Positions 38,562 to 48,624 of a stretch of DNA of 64,000 nucleotides are shown here, piece after piece. Made by a program: the position numbers and the translations under genes. This stretch comes from an uncultured delta proteobacterium (GTDB lineage Bacteria; Myxococcota; Myxococcia; Myxococcales; Myxococcaceae), in the NCBI GenBank assembly GCA_963713045.1, contig CAVQKE010000003.1, positions 576,001-640,000 on the forward strand. Direction: 5' to 3'. How positions within the stretch are numbered: the first letter of the stretch is position 1; every line of letters starts with the position of its first letter. The notes beneath the pieces were generated by a model that worked only from the letters and a program-made list of their open reading frames with translations, was not told where the DNA came from and ran no database searches.

Positions 38562-41022
38562 GGTCGACGAGGTTGGCGAAGAGGCGGAAAGCGCCAGGAA
38601 CGCCTGCAGGAAGCTGACGGAAAAACGACAGCCCGGTGTAGATGAACGAACCTTTACCGACTTGCGCGATGAGCAACGCGCCACGCAGCGGCTGCTCCCC
38701 AGGGTCATTCATCGCCAGCGGCACCGCGTAGCGGTTGTCCCAAGTCTCGGCGAAATAAAGCCCACGCTCCTGCACCCAAGCGTTCCAGTCCGACGGCCCA
38801 ATTGAGTTGGGCGTACGGAGGACTGGATGTGGAACCGACGTCACCGCCGCATCCTCATCGGTCACCCGCCCATGGCCGATGGTGAAGGGAAACGGGCCGA
38901 GATTCGGCGGGCCAGACGAAGGCCAGCTGGTGGTGTTGTACTGGACGATGACCGTTCCACCCGCGTCGACATACGCCATCAGCTTGTCGTGGAGCGTTGA
39001 GAGTCGTGGCTCGACGTTAAAGGCCCGCACCCCGAAGACAACAGTCTCAAAGCGGCTGAGCGGCTGCTCTTTGAGGTCGGCAAAACTGAGCGGCGTCACG
39101 TCATAGCCGACTTGCCGCAGCGCGTCGGGAACCTCGTCACCGGGGCCCGGGACATAGCCGACCCGCTGACGCGCGTGACGGACGTCCACACGCGTCAGCC
39201 TCACCTCGGCGGGAGGAAGCCAGGTCTGGATGGGAATGTGCCCGTAGTCGATGTGCTGAAGGCCGCGGTCGAAGCGTTTGCCCCCCACCGTCGCGACCGC
39301 ACGTAACACTCCACTGGCTGACTCGTTCGGAGGCTGGACACGGAAGGCGAGCGTCACCTCGCCTGCCTTCGCCAGTGTGAAGGGAAGGCTTTGCGGCGCG
39401 ATGGTGAAGCCCGCGGGAGCCTCGAGCGCGAGCGTTCCCGAGGCACCGGACACGCTGCGGAGGGTGACATTCAACACCTTGGCATTCGCATCCGGAAACA
39501 GAAGCAGCTTGCCTTCCGGGTCGACCGTCACCGCGGGCAGGACTTCCAGCCGGCGGTAGCGTTCTCCCAGCACCGGGTCCACCCACTTGTAGGTGACCGG
39601 CCGCCGGACCACGAGGGACTGCTCGCCAAAACCAAACGACAGCTCGGCCTCGAGCGGAGCGGGCTCCTCGGGGAGTCCGACCATTGCCGGGTCCCGCACC
39701 GGGTACTGTCCGGCACTGCTCGGCAGCTCTAGCCACACCGGGTTACTCAGCCGCGCATCCATCGGGACACTGAGGCTTTCTTTGAGGTCAAAGGGTTGAC
39801 CCGTCTCGAGCGGCCGGACCGTCTTCACGGTACGCCCGGGAAGGCGGACCTCCTCCAGCGACACCTTCGTCGGGCGGCGCACCAGCGCCGTCACCGTCAG
39901 CGGAATGGTGGCCCCAGGCGAGGTGCTGGGGCCCGCGCCGACGACCTCGGCAAATAGTCCGGCACAGCCGACAATCGCCCGCTCCAGCTCGGACAGCTTC
40001 TCGGCCTTCCAGGGGTTATCCGGAAGCCGGAGGAGTTCCGCCCGTGCAGCGAGCAGGCCCGGGAGTGCAGCCTCCGGCGTGGCCGTGCGGAAAGCGGCGC
40101 GGGCGCGCCGGAGCTCGGCCACCAGGCGTTCGCTGCCGGGCACCCGCGACCAGTCAAAGACCAGCCCGTCGAAGGGAGAGCTTTTCATCGGCTCGCCGCT
40201 GAGCAACTTGAAGAATTCGGGGTTGGGGCCGCGTCGACGAGCCGCTCCGAAGCCTTGGCTCTTGTGGTTGCTGCGGCTGTCGGCAGCGAGCTCCCCATAG
40301 GAAAGCCCGAGCCAAGGGTCATAGCCGCCGACGTCGAGCTGTGGAGAGCCGGCCAACTCTGGCTCAGGTGCACCGAAACCGGTGAACTGGTTCCACACCA
40401 CCCGCCTCACCTTCCAAGGTCCAAGACGGCGGTGTTCTGCATCAGGCATGTAGCTCGGGTCGGCAGCCAGCGCGGCCGCCTCGACCGCGAGCCGTGCGGA
40501 AGCGGTGTGTTGCCCGTGGGTGTCCAGCTTGCCAGTCGGAAAGCGCGTCATCACCACGTCGGGCCGGAAGCGGCGAATGGCCAAGACGACGTCGGCCAGC
40601 ACGGCGTCGTGCCCCCAAATGGCGAGGGACTCCTCAGGACTCTTCGAAAAGCCGAAGTCTCGGGCTCGGGTGAAAAGCTGCTCGGCACCGTCCAGGGAGC
40701 GCGCCGCCAGCAGCTCCTGGGTGCGGATGAGACCCAGGCCAGGGCCCAGCTCGGGGCCGATGAGGTTTTGACCCCCGTCGCCACGCGTCACAGACAGGTA
40801 GCCGGCGCGCAGCAGCATCCCGTTGGAAAGGAAAGCGAGCAGCCGGGTGTTCTCATCGTCCGGGTGGGCGGCCACATACAGCACGTTGCCGACCACCAGC
40901 AGCCGGTCCAGAAGACGCTCCAAATGCGCACCATCCGGCTGCACCGGACGCAATGGAGGCTCAGCTAAAGCGGTAGAGACGAGCAGGGTGAGAGCCAAGG
41001 GCACACCGGGAAATCGACGCAT
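38551..41022 (-). CDS. Secreted multidomain PIG-L/LmbE-family N-deacetylase/amidase
   Basis: Signal peptide; AHPDDE, TRGDGGQN, R..EL..A, DFGFSK, HGQH; Ig-like middle region and GATase-like C-terminus. Confidence 0.9.
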   Translation of the reverse strand: MRRFPGVPLALTLLVSTALAEPPLRPVQPDGAHLERLLDRLLVVGNVLYVAAHPDDENTRLLAFLSNGMLLRAGYLSVTRGDGGQNLIGPELGPGLGLIRTQELLAARSLDGAEQLFTRARDFGFSKSPEESLAIWGHDAVLADVVLAIRRFRPDVVMTRFPTGKLDTHGQHTASARLAVEAAALAADPSYMPDAEHRRLGPWKVRRVVWNQFTGFGAPEPELAGSPQLDVGGYDPWLGLSYGELAADSRSNHKSQGFGAARRRGPNPEFFKLLSGEPMKSSPFDGLVFDWSRVPGSERLVAELRRARAAFRTATPEAALPGLLAARAELLRLPDNPWKAEKLSELERAIVGCAGLFAEVVGAGPSTSPGATIPLTVTALVRRPTKVSLEEVRLPGRTVKTVRPLETGQPFDLKESLSVPMDARLSNPVWLELPSSAGQYPVRDPAMVGLPEEPAPLEAELSFGFGEQSLVVRRPVTYKWVDPVLGERYRRLEVLPAVTVDPEGKLLLFPDANAKVLNVTLRSVSGASGTLALEAPAGFTIAPQSLPFTLAKAGEVTLAFRVQPPNESASGVLRAVATVGGKRFDRGLQHIDYGHIPIQTWLPPAEVRLTRVDVRHARQRVGYVPGPGDEVPDALRQVGYDVTPLSFADLKEQPLSRFETVVFGVRAFNVEPRLSTLHDKLMAYVDAGGTVIVQYNTTSWPSSGPPNLGPFPFTIGHGRVTDEDAAVTSVPHPVLRTPNSIGPSDWNAWVQERGLYFAETWDNRYAVPLAMNDPGEQPLRGALLIAQVGKGSFIYTGLSFFRQLPAGVPGAFRLFANLVDHGG

Positions 41023-41065
41023 GCAGTAGGACGCGGTCGGAGGCACTGTTACGTTGCACCTTCGC

Positions 41066-42670
41066 ATGGCTTCTGACTTTTTCGCCTCCTTCATTGCTGG
41101 AGGGGCAGCGGCCCGCGCGTTGCTGCCCGTGCGCCCGCTTGACGAGGAAGCGTGGGACACGGCCATCCGGCGCGCAGCGGAGCGCCGCCCAGCAGAGGGA
41201 CTGGTCGAGGAGCTGAAACGGCAGACGGCCGCACTCCCAGCGTCCCGGAGGCGTGAGGAAAATGTTGCGCGGCTGGCACAACCGGGAACCACCGTCGTGG
41301 TGACCGGCCAGCAACCTGGTCTCTTCCTTGGGCCGCTCTTCACCCTCTTCAAGGCGGCCACTGCCGTCGCCCGCGCGCGATGGCTTTCCGAGCGGCACGG
41401 CCGCCCCTGCATTCCACTCTTTTGGCTGCAAACCGAAGACCACGACTGGGCCGAAATTGCGCGGACGGAGGTTCTCCTTCCCACCGGACGGCGCGCCGTT
41501 TTTCAGCTTCCCGCCGAGACTCGCGAGCAAGCGCGCGTCTCTCTCGCCCAGCGGACACTCCCCGCGGAAGTCGAGGAGCTCACCGCTGCCCTCACCGACG
41601 TGCTGGAGGCGCTGCCGCACGGCGCCGCCGTCGCCACTCTCGTCCGGCGGCACTACCGGGCGGGCGCCACTCCGGGGGCCGCGTTTGCCGGACTGCTGGC
41701 TGAGCTCTTCTCCGATGAAGGCCTCGTCCTGCTTGACCCGCGAACGGCCGCCATGGCGCGGCTCGCCTCGCCAGTGCTGCATCGCGCCATCCGCGACCAC
41801 GAGGCCATCGCCGAGGCCCTCGCCAACAGGTTTGAGGCTCTCGCCGAGCAGGGGTTCAGCGAGCAAGTCCACACCCGACCCGGTACTTCTCTGGCCTTTT
41901 TTCATCCCCGTGGGCCGAACGGCCCCCGCTACCGGCTGACTGCAACCCCCGCTGGCTTTTCGACCCCCGAGGGGACCGTCAGCCGCGCCGAGATTTTCAG
42001 CTGTCTCGAGCAGGACCCGCTGTGTTTCAGCACCTCGGCACTGTTGCGCCCGCTGGTCCAGGACACGCTGCTGCCCACCGCGGCCTACATCGGAGGCCCC
42101 GCCGAATGTGCCTACTTTGCCCAGCTGCCGCCGCTCTACGCCCTCTTCGGCCTCGCCATGCCGATGGTTGCGCCACGGGCCCGCTTTCGTCTGGTGGACG
42201 AGCGAACGGAGCGACGGCTCGAGCAGCTCGGCCTTCGCGCCGAAGACACCGACCGGGCGCAACAGGAGGTGGCCGCGCAGGTGCAGGCGCGGCCTTCGTG
42301 GCTACCGCCAGCCGAGTGGCTTCGAGCTCGACTCCTAGGTCCACTCGAACGCGAACTCGCATCGCTGCTTCCCCATGCCGTCCGCCTCGAGCCGAAACTC
42401 GAGCGAAATGTGCGCAAGACGCGGGACCACGCTGCCTACGGCGTCGAGAAGCTGGTCGCCAGGCTCGAGCGCGCCGCCCTGGCGCAAGACCGCGCTGCCG
42501 CCGAACGCCTTGAGCAAGTCTTCACCGCCTTGCGCCCGGGCGGGGTGCCGCAGGAGCGCGCCTATGGCTTTCCGGGGCCCGCCGCGTCGGTCGGTCCTCC
42601 CGCGCTGGTGAGGGCACTCGTCCAGGCAGCGCAGCCTCTCTCGGCCGACGTGCGGAGCCTTCACTTGTGA
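41066..42670 (+). CDS. bshC: Bacillithiol biosynthesis cysteine-adding enzyme
   Basis: VTGQQ.GL..GP, FW...EDHD, LRPLVQD.LLPT.AY.GGP.E.AY.AQL, PQER. Confidence 0.92.
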   Translation: MASDFFASFIAGGAAARALLPVRPLDEEAWDTAIRRAAERRPAEGLVEELKRQTAALPASRRREENVARLAQPGTTVVVTGQQPGLFLGPLFTLFKAATAVARARWLSERHGRPCIPLFWLQTEDHDWAEIARTEVLLPTGRRAVFQLPAETREQARVSLAQRTLPAEVEELTAALTDVLEALPHGAAVATLVRRHYRAGATPGAAFAGLLAELFSDEGLVLLDPRTAAMARLASPVLHRAIRDHEAIAEALANRFEALAEQGFSEQVHTRPGTSLAFFHPRGPNGPRYRLTATPAGFSTPEGTVSRAEIFSCLEQDPLCFSTSALLRPLVQDTLLPTAAYIGGPAECAYFAQLPPLYALFGLAMPMVAPRARFRLVDERTERRLEQLGLRAEDTDRAQQEVAAQVQARPSWLPPAEWLRARLLGPLERELASLLPHAVRLEPKLERNVRKTRDHAAYGVEKLVARLERAALAQDRAAAERLEQVFTALRPGGVPQERAYGFPGPAASVGPPALVRALVQAAQPLSADVRSLHL

Positions 42671-43839
42671 AACCCCTCTCGGTGGGCATCGCATGCTTTC
42701 CGACGGTGGGTGGCAGCGGCGTCGCGGCGTCGCAACTGGCCTTGAAGCTTGCCGAGCAGGGGCACTCGGTGCACGTCTTCTCCTCGGGGCTGCCGGTGCG
42801 TCTGACCCAGACCAAGGGCAGGTGCGTCCTGCACCGCATTGCACCGGTGATGCGTCCACCCCTGGAGAATGGCGTGTACGCCCTCGCGCTCGCCGGAGAG
42901 ATGGCGGAGGTCGCGCTGCGAGAGTCGCTGGACATTTTTCATGTGCACTATGCGCTGCCGCACGCGGCCAGTGCTCTGCTTGCCCAAGACATGGTGGTGC
43001 GGCGAGGCGGACGGGCGCCCCGACTGGTCACCACGCTTCATGGAACGGACGTCACCGGCATCGTCGGCAACCAGTCACTCATCGACGTCACCCAGCATGC
43101 CGTGCTGCGCAGTGACGCGGTGACGACGCCTTCGGCGTGGCTGCGCCGCACCGCTTTCCAGAACCTCTCCTTACCCGAGTCAACCGAGGTCGAAGTCCTT
43201 CCCAACTTCGTCGACCCGCAGGAGTTCCACCCTGCGGAGGAAACTCCAGCGTTGCGCGGCCTCTTTCCACAGCTTGCCTGGCAGGGCCGCCCCCGGCCGG
43301 GGCTGCTGCTGCACGCCTCCAATTTCCGGGCGGTGAAGCGCGTCGGCGACGCGGTGCTGGCGCTGGCCGAAGTCCTTCCTTCTCGGCCGGCCGCCCTCGT
43401 TCTGGTGGGGGACGGCCCTGAGCGACAGGCCGTCGAGAAGCTTGCCGCGTCCCTCGGGCTCGGCCGCCACGTTGCCTTTCTCGGAGAACAGCTTCAAATG
43501 GGGCGCCTCTTGGCGCAGGCGGACCTGTTTGTTCTGCCGAGCGAACAGGAAAGTTTCGGGTTGGCCGCACTCGAAGCCCTCGCCTCGGGAGTTCCCGTCG
43601 TGGCCACCCGCGTGGGGGGCCTCCCGGAGGTGGTCCGTCACTCGGAAACGGGCTTGCTCGTCCCGGTCCGCGACCCGCCGGCCCTGGCCAAGGCCGTGCT
43701 CGACCTGCTGGGCGACGAGCCCCGACGGGCAGCGATGGGCTTGGCGGCGCGGGCCGATGCGCTAGCGCGCTTCCGGCCGGAGCCGGTGGTCGCGCGGGTG
43801 GAGGCGCTGTACCACCGCCTTCTCATGCCGGCCGACTGA
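42667..43839 (+). CDS. bshA: N-acetyl-alpha-D-glucosaminyl L-malate synthase
   Basis: CFPTVGGSGV, HVHYALPHA, TTLHGTD, SNFRAVKR, ESFGLAALEA; coupled to bshC. Confidence 0.93.
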   Translation: MKPLSVGIACFPTVGGSGVAASQLALKLAEQGHSVHVFSSGLPVRLTQTKGRCVLHRIAPVMRPPLENGVYALALAGEMAEVALRESLDIFHVHYALPHAASALLAQDMVVRRGGRAPRLVTTLHGTDVTGIVGNQSLIDVTQHAVLRSDAVTTPSAWLRRTAFQNLSLPESTEVEVLPNFVDPQEFHPAEETPALRGLFPQLAWQGRPRPGLLLHASNFRAVKRVGDAVLALAEVLPSRPAALVLVGDGPERQAVEKLAASLGLGRHVAFLGEQLQMGRLLAQADLFVLPSEQESFGLAALEALASGVPVVATRVGGLPEVVRHSETGLLVPVRDPPALAKAVLDLLGDEPRRAAMGLAARADALARFRPEPVVARVEALYHRLLMPAD

Positions 43840-43841
43840 GG

Positions 43842-44693
43842 CTATTTCTTCCAGTCGGCGATGCCCTTCGCCACCTCGTCCTCGAGGAAGAAATTCTTTG
43901 ACTGCTTGCCGAGTCGCTGCGCCCTCTGGGCCAAGGCGAGGGCCTGCTGGGTGTTGCCGGAAGCGGCCAATAGCTCGGCCTTCGTCCAGTCGTTGAACCA
44001 GTCCTCCTTCAGCTTGATGGACTTGTCGACGAGTTCCATCGCATAGGCGGGCTCGAGCTTCGCATCCAACAAGTACCGAGCCGCCCGATTGTAGGGGACC
44101 CAGTCGTCCGTCTTCAGCGCTCGAATCTCCGCCATCACCCTGGTCCGGGTCGGCACCTCGAACTTCACGCCGACGCGAACGGTGTCCCATTCCATGGCCA
44201 GCGTGCCAGCCGCGTCGGTGAAGTCGAGCACGCTGTAGGCGAGCCTTTCACGCGGGGGAATGGTGGTCGCGGTCGCGGTGACCCGTAACACGTCGTCGCT
44301 TTGCTTGTAGCCGCTGCTGCCAGAGAGGCTGGTGTCCTTGTTGAGGATGAACGTCCAGCTGGCTTTGGTTGGCAATAGGAAGAGACAGTAGCTGCCGGCG
44401 GGAACTGGCTTTCCCTCGATGGTGGCGGCGGTGCTGAGCGTCAGCTTGGTGCATTCATTGGCGCCCGCGCGCCAAACCTCACCGTAGGGTACGACGTTTC
44501 CCCAGATTTTACGGCCGCGAGCGGCCGGGCTCGAATAGGCGATGGTCACGTCGGTCAGGCCGACGGTCTGTTTGAAGGTCGCGTTGGGACTGGGCCGCGG
44601 CAAGTCGAGCTTGGAGGAATCCTGCGCACCAGCCACGCTGGCCACCAAACCCGTTGCGATGACTGTAGAAGCAACTCGATGCAAGAGAGGCAT
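43842..44693 (-). CDS. DUF2911 domain secreted protein with C-terminal TPR-like helices
   Basis: PRPSP, YSSP..RGR.IWG.VVPYG.VWRAGANE. Confidence 0.88.
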   Translation of the reverse strand: MPLLHRVASTVIATGLVASVAGAQDSSKLDLPRPSPNATFKQTVGLTDVTIAYSSPAARGRKIWGNVVPYGEVWRAGANECTKLTLSTAATIEGKPVPAGSYCLFLLPTKASWTFILNKDTSLSGSSGYKQSDDVLRVTATATTIPPRERLAYSVLDFTDAAGTLAMEWDTVRVGVKFEVPTRTRVMAEIRALKTDDWVPYNRAARYLLDAKLEPAYAMELVDKSIKLKEDWFNDWTKAELLAASGNTQQALALAQRAQRLGKQSKNFFLEDEVAKGIADWKK

Positions 44694-44783
44694 GCGACTC
44701 CTCAGGGTTGACGGGGAGAGGGTGAAAGGGCGCGGACTGTACTGTTTTCCCGGGTCCGAGGGGCAAGCCAGCTGGTCCTCGCC

Positions 44784-44811
44784 TTGAAGACGGCCGAGCC
44801 GGCGCTAGACT
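44784..44811 (+). promoter_or_regulatory. Candidate sigma70 promoter of the FDH operon
   Basis: TTGAAG-N16-TAGACT, 10 nt before the ATG at 44822. Confidence 0.45.
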
Positions 44812-44821
44812 CCTCGCACCC

Positions 44822-46747
44822 ATGTCTGCGCCCCGTCTGACCGAGCCGTTGGTCCGTGAAAACGGAAGGCTGCGACCGACGACGTGGAAGAATGCGCTGG
44901 ACCGCGCAGCGGCCGGCATCCGCAGCTCGGTCGAACGTCACGGTCCGACGTCCTTTGGCATCTTCAGCTGCTCGAAGGCCACCAATGAGGTGAATTTCGC
45001 AGCACAGAAATTCATCCGCGCCGCCGTCGGCAGCAACAACATCGACAGCTGCAATAGAACCTGACACGCGCCGAGCGTCGCCGGTCTGGCGGCGGTCTTC
45101 GGAGCGGGCGGGGGGACGTCCTCCTACCGGGAGGTGGAGGAGACGGAGGTTCTCGTTCTCTGGGGAAGCAACGCCCGCGAGACGCACCCCATCTTTTTCC
45201 ACCACGTGCTTCGGGCGCTCCGGCGTGGTGCTAAGCTTTACGTCGTTGACCCGCGGAGAACGTCCACCGCCGAATGGGCGGACGGCTGGCTTCCCCTCCA
45301 CGTGGGCACGGACATCGCGCTCGCCAACGGCGTGGCCCACTGCATTCTGGAAGCCGGGCTTGAACATCGCTCGTTCATCCATCGCGCCACCGAGGGCTTC
45401 GAGGCCTATGCAGAAATGGTCCAACGTTATGACTTAGCCCGGGTGTCGCGGGAGACGGGGGTCGACGCTGGGCTGATTGACCGTCTTGCGCACGACTACG
45501 CAAAGGCGGACAGGGCGATGATTTGCTGGACGCTTGGAATCACCGAGCACCACAACGCGGTGGACAACGTGCTGGGCCTCATCAACCTGGCGCTGCTCAC
45601 CGGTCAGGTGGGGCGCTGGGGCTCTGGTCTCAACCCCCTGCGCGGGCAAAACAACGTGCAAGGGGGCGGCGACATGGGCGCGCTCCCCAACAAGCTCCCC
45701 GGGTTTCAGGACGTCGCTGACGCGGCGGCCCGCGCTCGCTTCGAAGCTTGCTGGGGCCGACCGATTCCGTCGGAAAAGGGTTGGAACCTCACCGAGATGT
45801 TTGACGCCATGGAGCGGCGGGCCCTCCACGCGTTGTTGGTCATCGGCGAGAACCCAGCGCACTCAGAGGCCGACTCGCTACACACCCTCAAGACGCTGGG
45901 GCGACTCGAGCACCTGGTGGTGCAGGACATCGTCTTCACCCGGACTGCCGAGTTGGCGGACGTGGTCCTTCCCGCGACGGCCAGTTGGTGCGAAGCGGAG
46001 GGCACCGTCACCAGCAGCGAGCGGCGCGTCCAGCGGTGCCGGCCAGCGCTGACGCCACCGGGACAGGCCCGCGACGACCTTGCCATCCTTAGCGAGCTCT
46101 CACTCCGCCTAGGGTATGACCTCGGGACGCCGACGCCTCGCGCGGCCTGGGAGGAGCTTCGGACCCTGAGCCCGATGCACGCTGGGATGAGCTACCAAAG
46201 GCTTGAAGAGCTGCACGGCATCCAATGGCCTTGTCCCGACGAGAAGCACCCCGGCTCCCCGTTTCTTCATGGAAGGCTGTGGGCTGAGCCCGTGGTCGGG
46301 CCACGCGCCCCCTTCATCCCGACTGAGCAGGTGGCGCCAGCCGACACCCTGGATGCTTCCTTCCCCCTCCGGCTCACCACCGGTCGCCGGCTGGAGTCGT
46401 TCAACACCGGCGTCCAGAGCGGGGGCTACGCCTGGCCCCACCCCCGCGGAACAACTCTCGACTTGAACCCCGAGGACGCGCGGGTGCTGGCTGTCACCGA
46501 AGGGGAACAGGTCCGGGTGGTGTCCCGACGCGGCGCGGTGGAGGCTCCGGTCCGCCTGGACACCGGCCTACGCCCGGGCCTGGCATTCATGAGTTTTCAC
46601 TTCCCGAACGAGGTCGATACCAACGTGCTGACCATCAACGCGACGGACCCTAAGTCCGGGACAGCTGAATTCAAGGCGACCGCCGTGCGCGTCGAGAAAC
46701 TGCGCCCGTCGGGCACCATCGACCGCCCCGGCGCGTCCCCGCGCTAA
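44822..46747 (+). CDS. fdhF: Selenocysteine-containing formate dehydrogenase catalytic (Mo/W-bisPGD) subunit, FdhF-like; Sec at 45062-45064
   Basis: The two listed ORFs are in frame across the TGA: NNIDSCNRT-U-HAPSVAGL; LRGQNNVQGGGDMG; SECIS follows. Confidence 0.93.
45076..45094 (+). promoter_or_regulatory. Bacterial SECIS element
   Basis: CGTCGCC-GGTCT-GGCGGCG hairpin starting 11 nt after the TGA; loop resembles E. coli fdhF GGUC. Confidence 0.85.
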
Positions 46748-46785
46748 AAACCTGTCCGCAACAAGGCTTCTGCTAGTCTCCGTCA

Positions 46786-48624
46786 GTGATGGACTTGCGC
46801 GCCATCGCCGCGACGCCGACGCCCATCGAGCGCGACGCAGTCGACGCTGTGCTTGGGCCCTCCGAGAAGGAGGCGCCGATGCCAATTCAATTGGCGAAGG
46901 CCCGCCGCACATCCCTGTTGCCCGGCCTGCATGCACTGCAGGCGCGCGTCGGCTGGGTCAGTCCGGGTGGCTTGGGCTATGTCTGCCGGCGGCTGGGCAT
47001 CCCGCCCGCCGAAGGGTACGGCGTCGCCAGCTTCTACGCGCTGCTGTCACTCGGCGAGCGCCCAGCTGCGTTTGCGCACGTCTGCGATGACATTGCCTGT
47101 CAAGTGGCCGGTGCCGAGCCATTGTGCTCCGCGCTCACCGCCCGACTCGGGCCCGCTGCAACAGCCCCACACCGGGCCGAGGCCCCCGAAGCAGGAGCGG
47201 CCGCTGTGTCCCGCTGGATGCGCAGCCCTTGTCTCGGGCTATGCGAGCGCGCGCCGGCGGCCCTGGTGACGGTGGCTGGCCAGTCCCCGCAGGCCTTCGC
47301 CTTTGGGGCGGCGAGTGTAAAAGGCATCCAATCCGCCCTCGAAGGCCTTGCGCCCTCAGCGCCGCCGCCAGCAGTAGGCGGCACGGGCCCGCGCCGCCTG
47401 CTGGCGCGCGTCGGGGTGGTGGACCCCTCGAGCCTGCTCGACTACCAAGCACACCGAGGGCAGCAGGCGCTCCGGCGGGCGATTGAGGTCGGCCCCGCTG
47501 CCACCATTCGCGAAGTCATCGACGCGAAGCTGGTGGGCCGAGGCGGGGCCGCCTTTCCGACCGGTCGGAAATGGGAAGCCGTGGCTGGCGCCGCTGAGAA
47601 GCCTCATTACGTCGTCTGCAATGCCGATGAGTCGGAGCCTGGCACCTTCAAGGACCGGGTGTTGATGGAGAGCGACCCCTTCGCTGTCCTCGAGGCCATG
47701 ACCATCGCTGGCTTCGCAACACACGCCGAGCGTGGGTACCTGTACCTTCGCGGCGAGTACCCCCTCGCCACCACTCGACTCGAGCACGCCCTTGGTAGCT
47801 TGCGCGCGCAAAGACTCCTCGGGACCGACATCCTGGGCAGCGGGTTCGCCTTTGACATTGAGATTCGCCGCGGAGCCGGCGCCTACATCTGCGGCGAGGA
47901 AACGGCCCTCTTCAACTCCATCGAGGGCTTTCGTGGCGAGCCGCGAAACAAGCCCCCCTACCCCGCCGAGTCGGGCCTCTTTCGCAAACCCACCGTCGTC
48001 AACAACGTCGAGACGCTGGTGGCCGTGCTGGACATCATCCGCGAGGGGGCAGCGCACTACGCCGCGGTGGGTACTGCGGCCTCACCGGGAACGAAGCTCT
48101 TCTGCGTCTCGGGGCGAGTGGCGCAACCGGGCCTCTATGAGGTGCCCTTCGGAACGCGTCTCGACGCGCTGATTCAGCTCGCTGGCGGCGTTGGCCCTGG
48201 CCGTCGAATCCAGGCGGTGCTGCTGGGCGGGGCCGCCGGGACGTTTCTCACGCCCCAGGAGCTGGCCGTCCCACTCTCTTTCGAAGACACGCGCAAGGCG
48301 GGCGCCTCACTCGGCTCCGGGGTGGTGTTGGTGCTCGATGACACGGTCGCCCTTCGACCTCTGCTCCGCAGGCTGGCCGCCTTCTTCCGCGATGAGTCCT
48401 GCGGCCAATGCGTTCCCTGCCGGGTCGGAACGGTGCGCCAGGAGGAACTGTTGGCTCGGCTGGCCACCTGCGAGCCGCGCGAGTCGCCGGCGGAGCTTGC
48501 ACTGCTGGAGGAACTGGGACAGGCGATGCGCGACGCCTCCATCTGTGGGCTCGGCCAGACTGCGACCCTGGCCATCCAGTCCGCCCTCGCAAAGTTCGGG
48601 CCGCATTTGGGGGAACAGCCGTGA
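46786..48624 (+). CDS. NuoE-NuoF-like fused diaphorase subunit of NAD-linked FDH
   Basis: CDDIAC..CLGLC (2Fe-2S), GRGGAAFPTG, NADESEPG, YICGEETAL, CGQCVPC..C. Confidence 0.93.
   Translation: MMDLRAIAATPTPIERDAVDAVLGPSEKEAPMPIQLAKARRTSLLPGLHALQARVGWVSPGGLGYVCRRLGIPPAEGYGVASFYALLSLGERPAAFAHVCDDIACQVAGAEPLCSALTARLGPAATAPHRAEAPEAGAAAVSRWMRSPCLGLCERAPAALVTVAGQSPQAFAFGAASVKGIQSALEGLAPSAPPPAVGGTGPRRLLARVGVVDPSSLLDYQAHRGQQALRRAIEVGPAATIREVIDAKLVGRGGAAFPTGRKWEAVAGAAEKPHYVVCNADESEPGTFKDRVLMESDPFAVLEAMTIAGFATHAERGYLYLRGEYPLATTRLEHALGSLRAQRLLGTDILGSGFAFDIEIRRGAGAYICGEETALFNSIEGFRGEPRNKPPYPAESGLFRKPTVVNNVETLVAVLDIIREGAAHYAAVGTAASPGTKLFCVSGRVAQPGLYEVPFGTRLDALIQLAGGVGPGRRIQAVLLGGAAGTFLTPQELAVPLSFEDTRKAGASLGSGVVLVLDDTVALRPLLRRLAAFFRDESCGQCVPCRVGTVRQEELLARLATCEPRESPAELALLEELGQAMRDASICGLGQTATLAIQSALAKFGPHLGEQP

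Noticed and set aside
38551..41022. Calling the PIG-L protein bshB
   Set aside because: BshB is a small cytoplasmic protein; this one is 823 aa with a signal peptide
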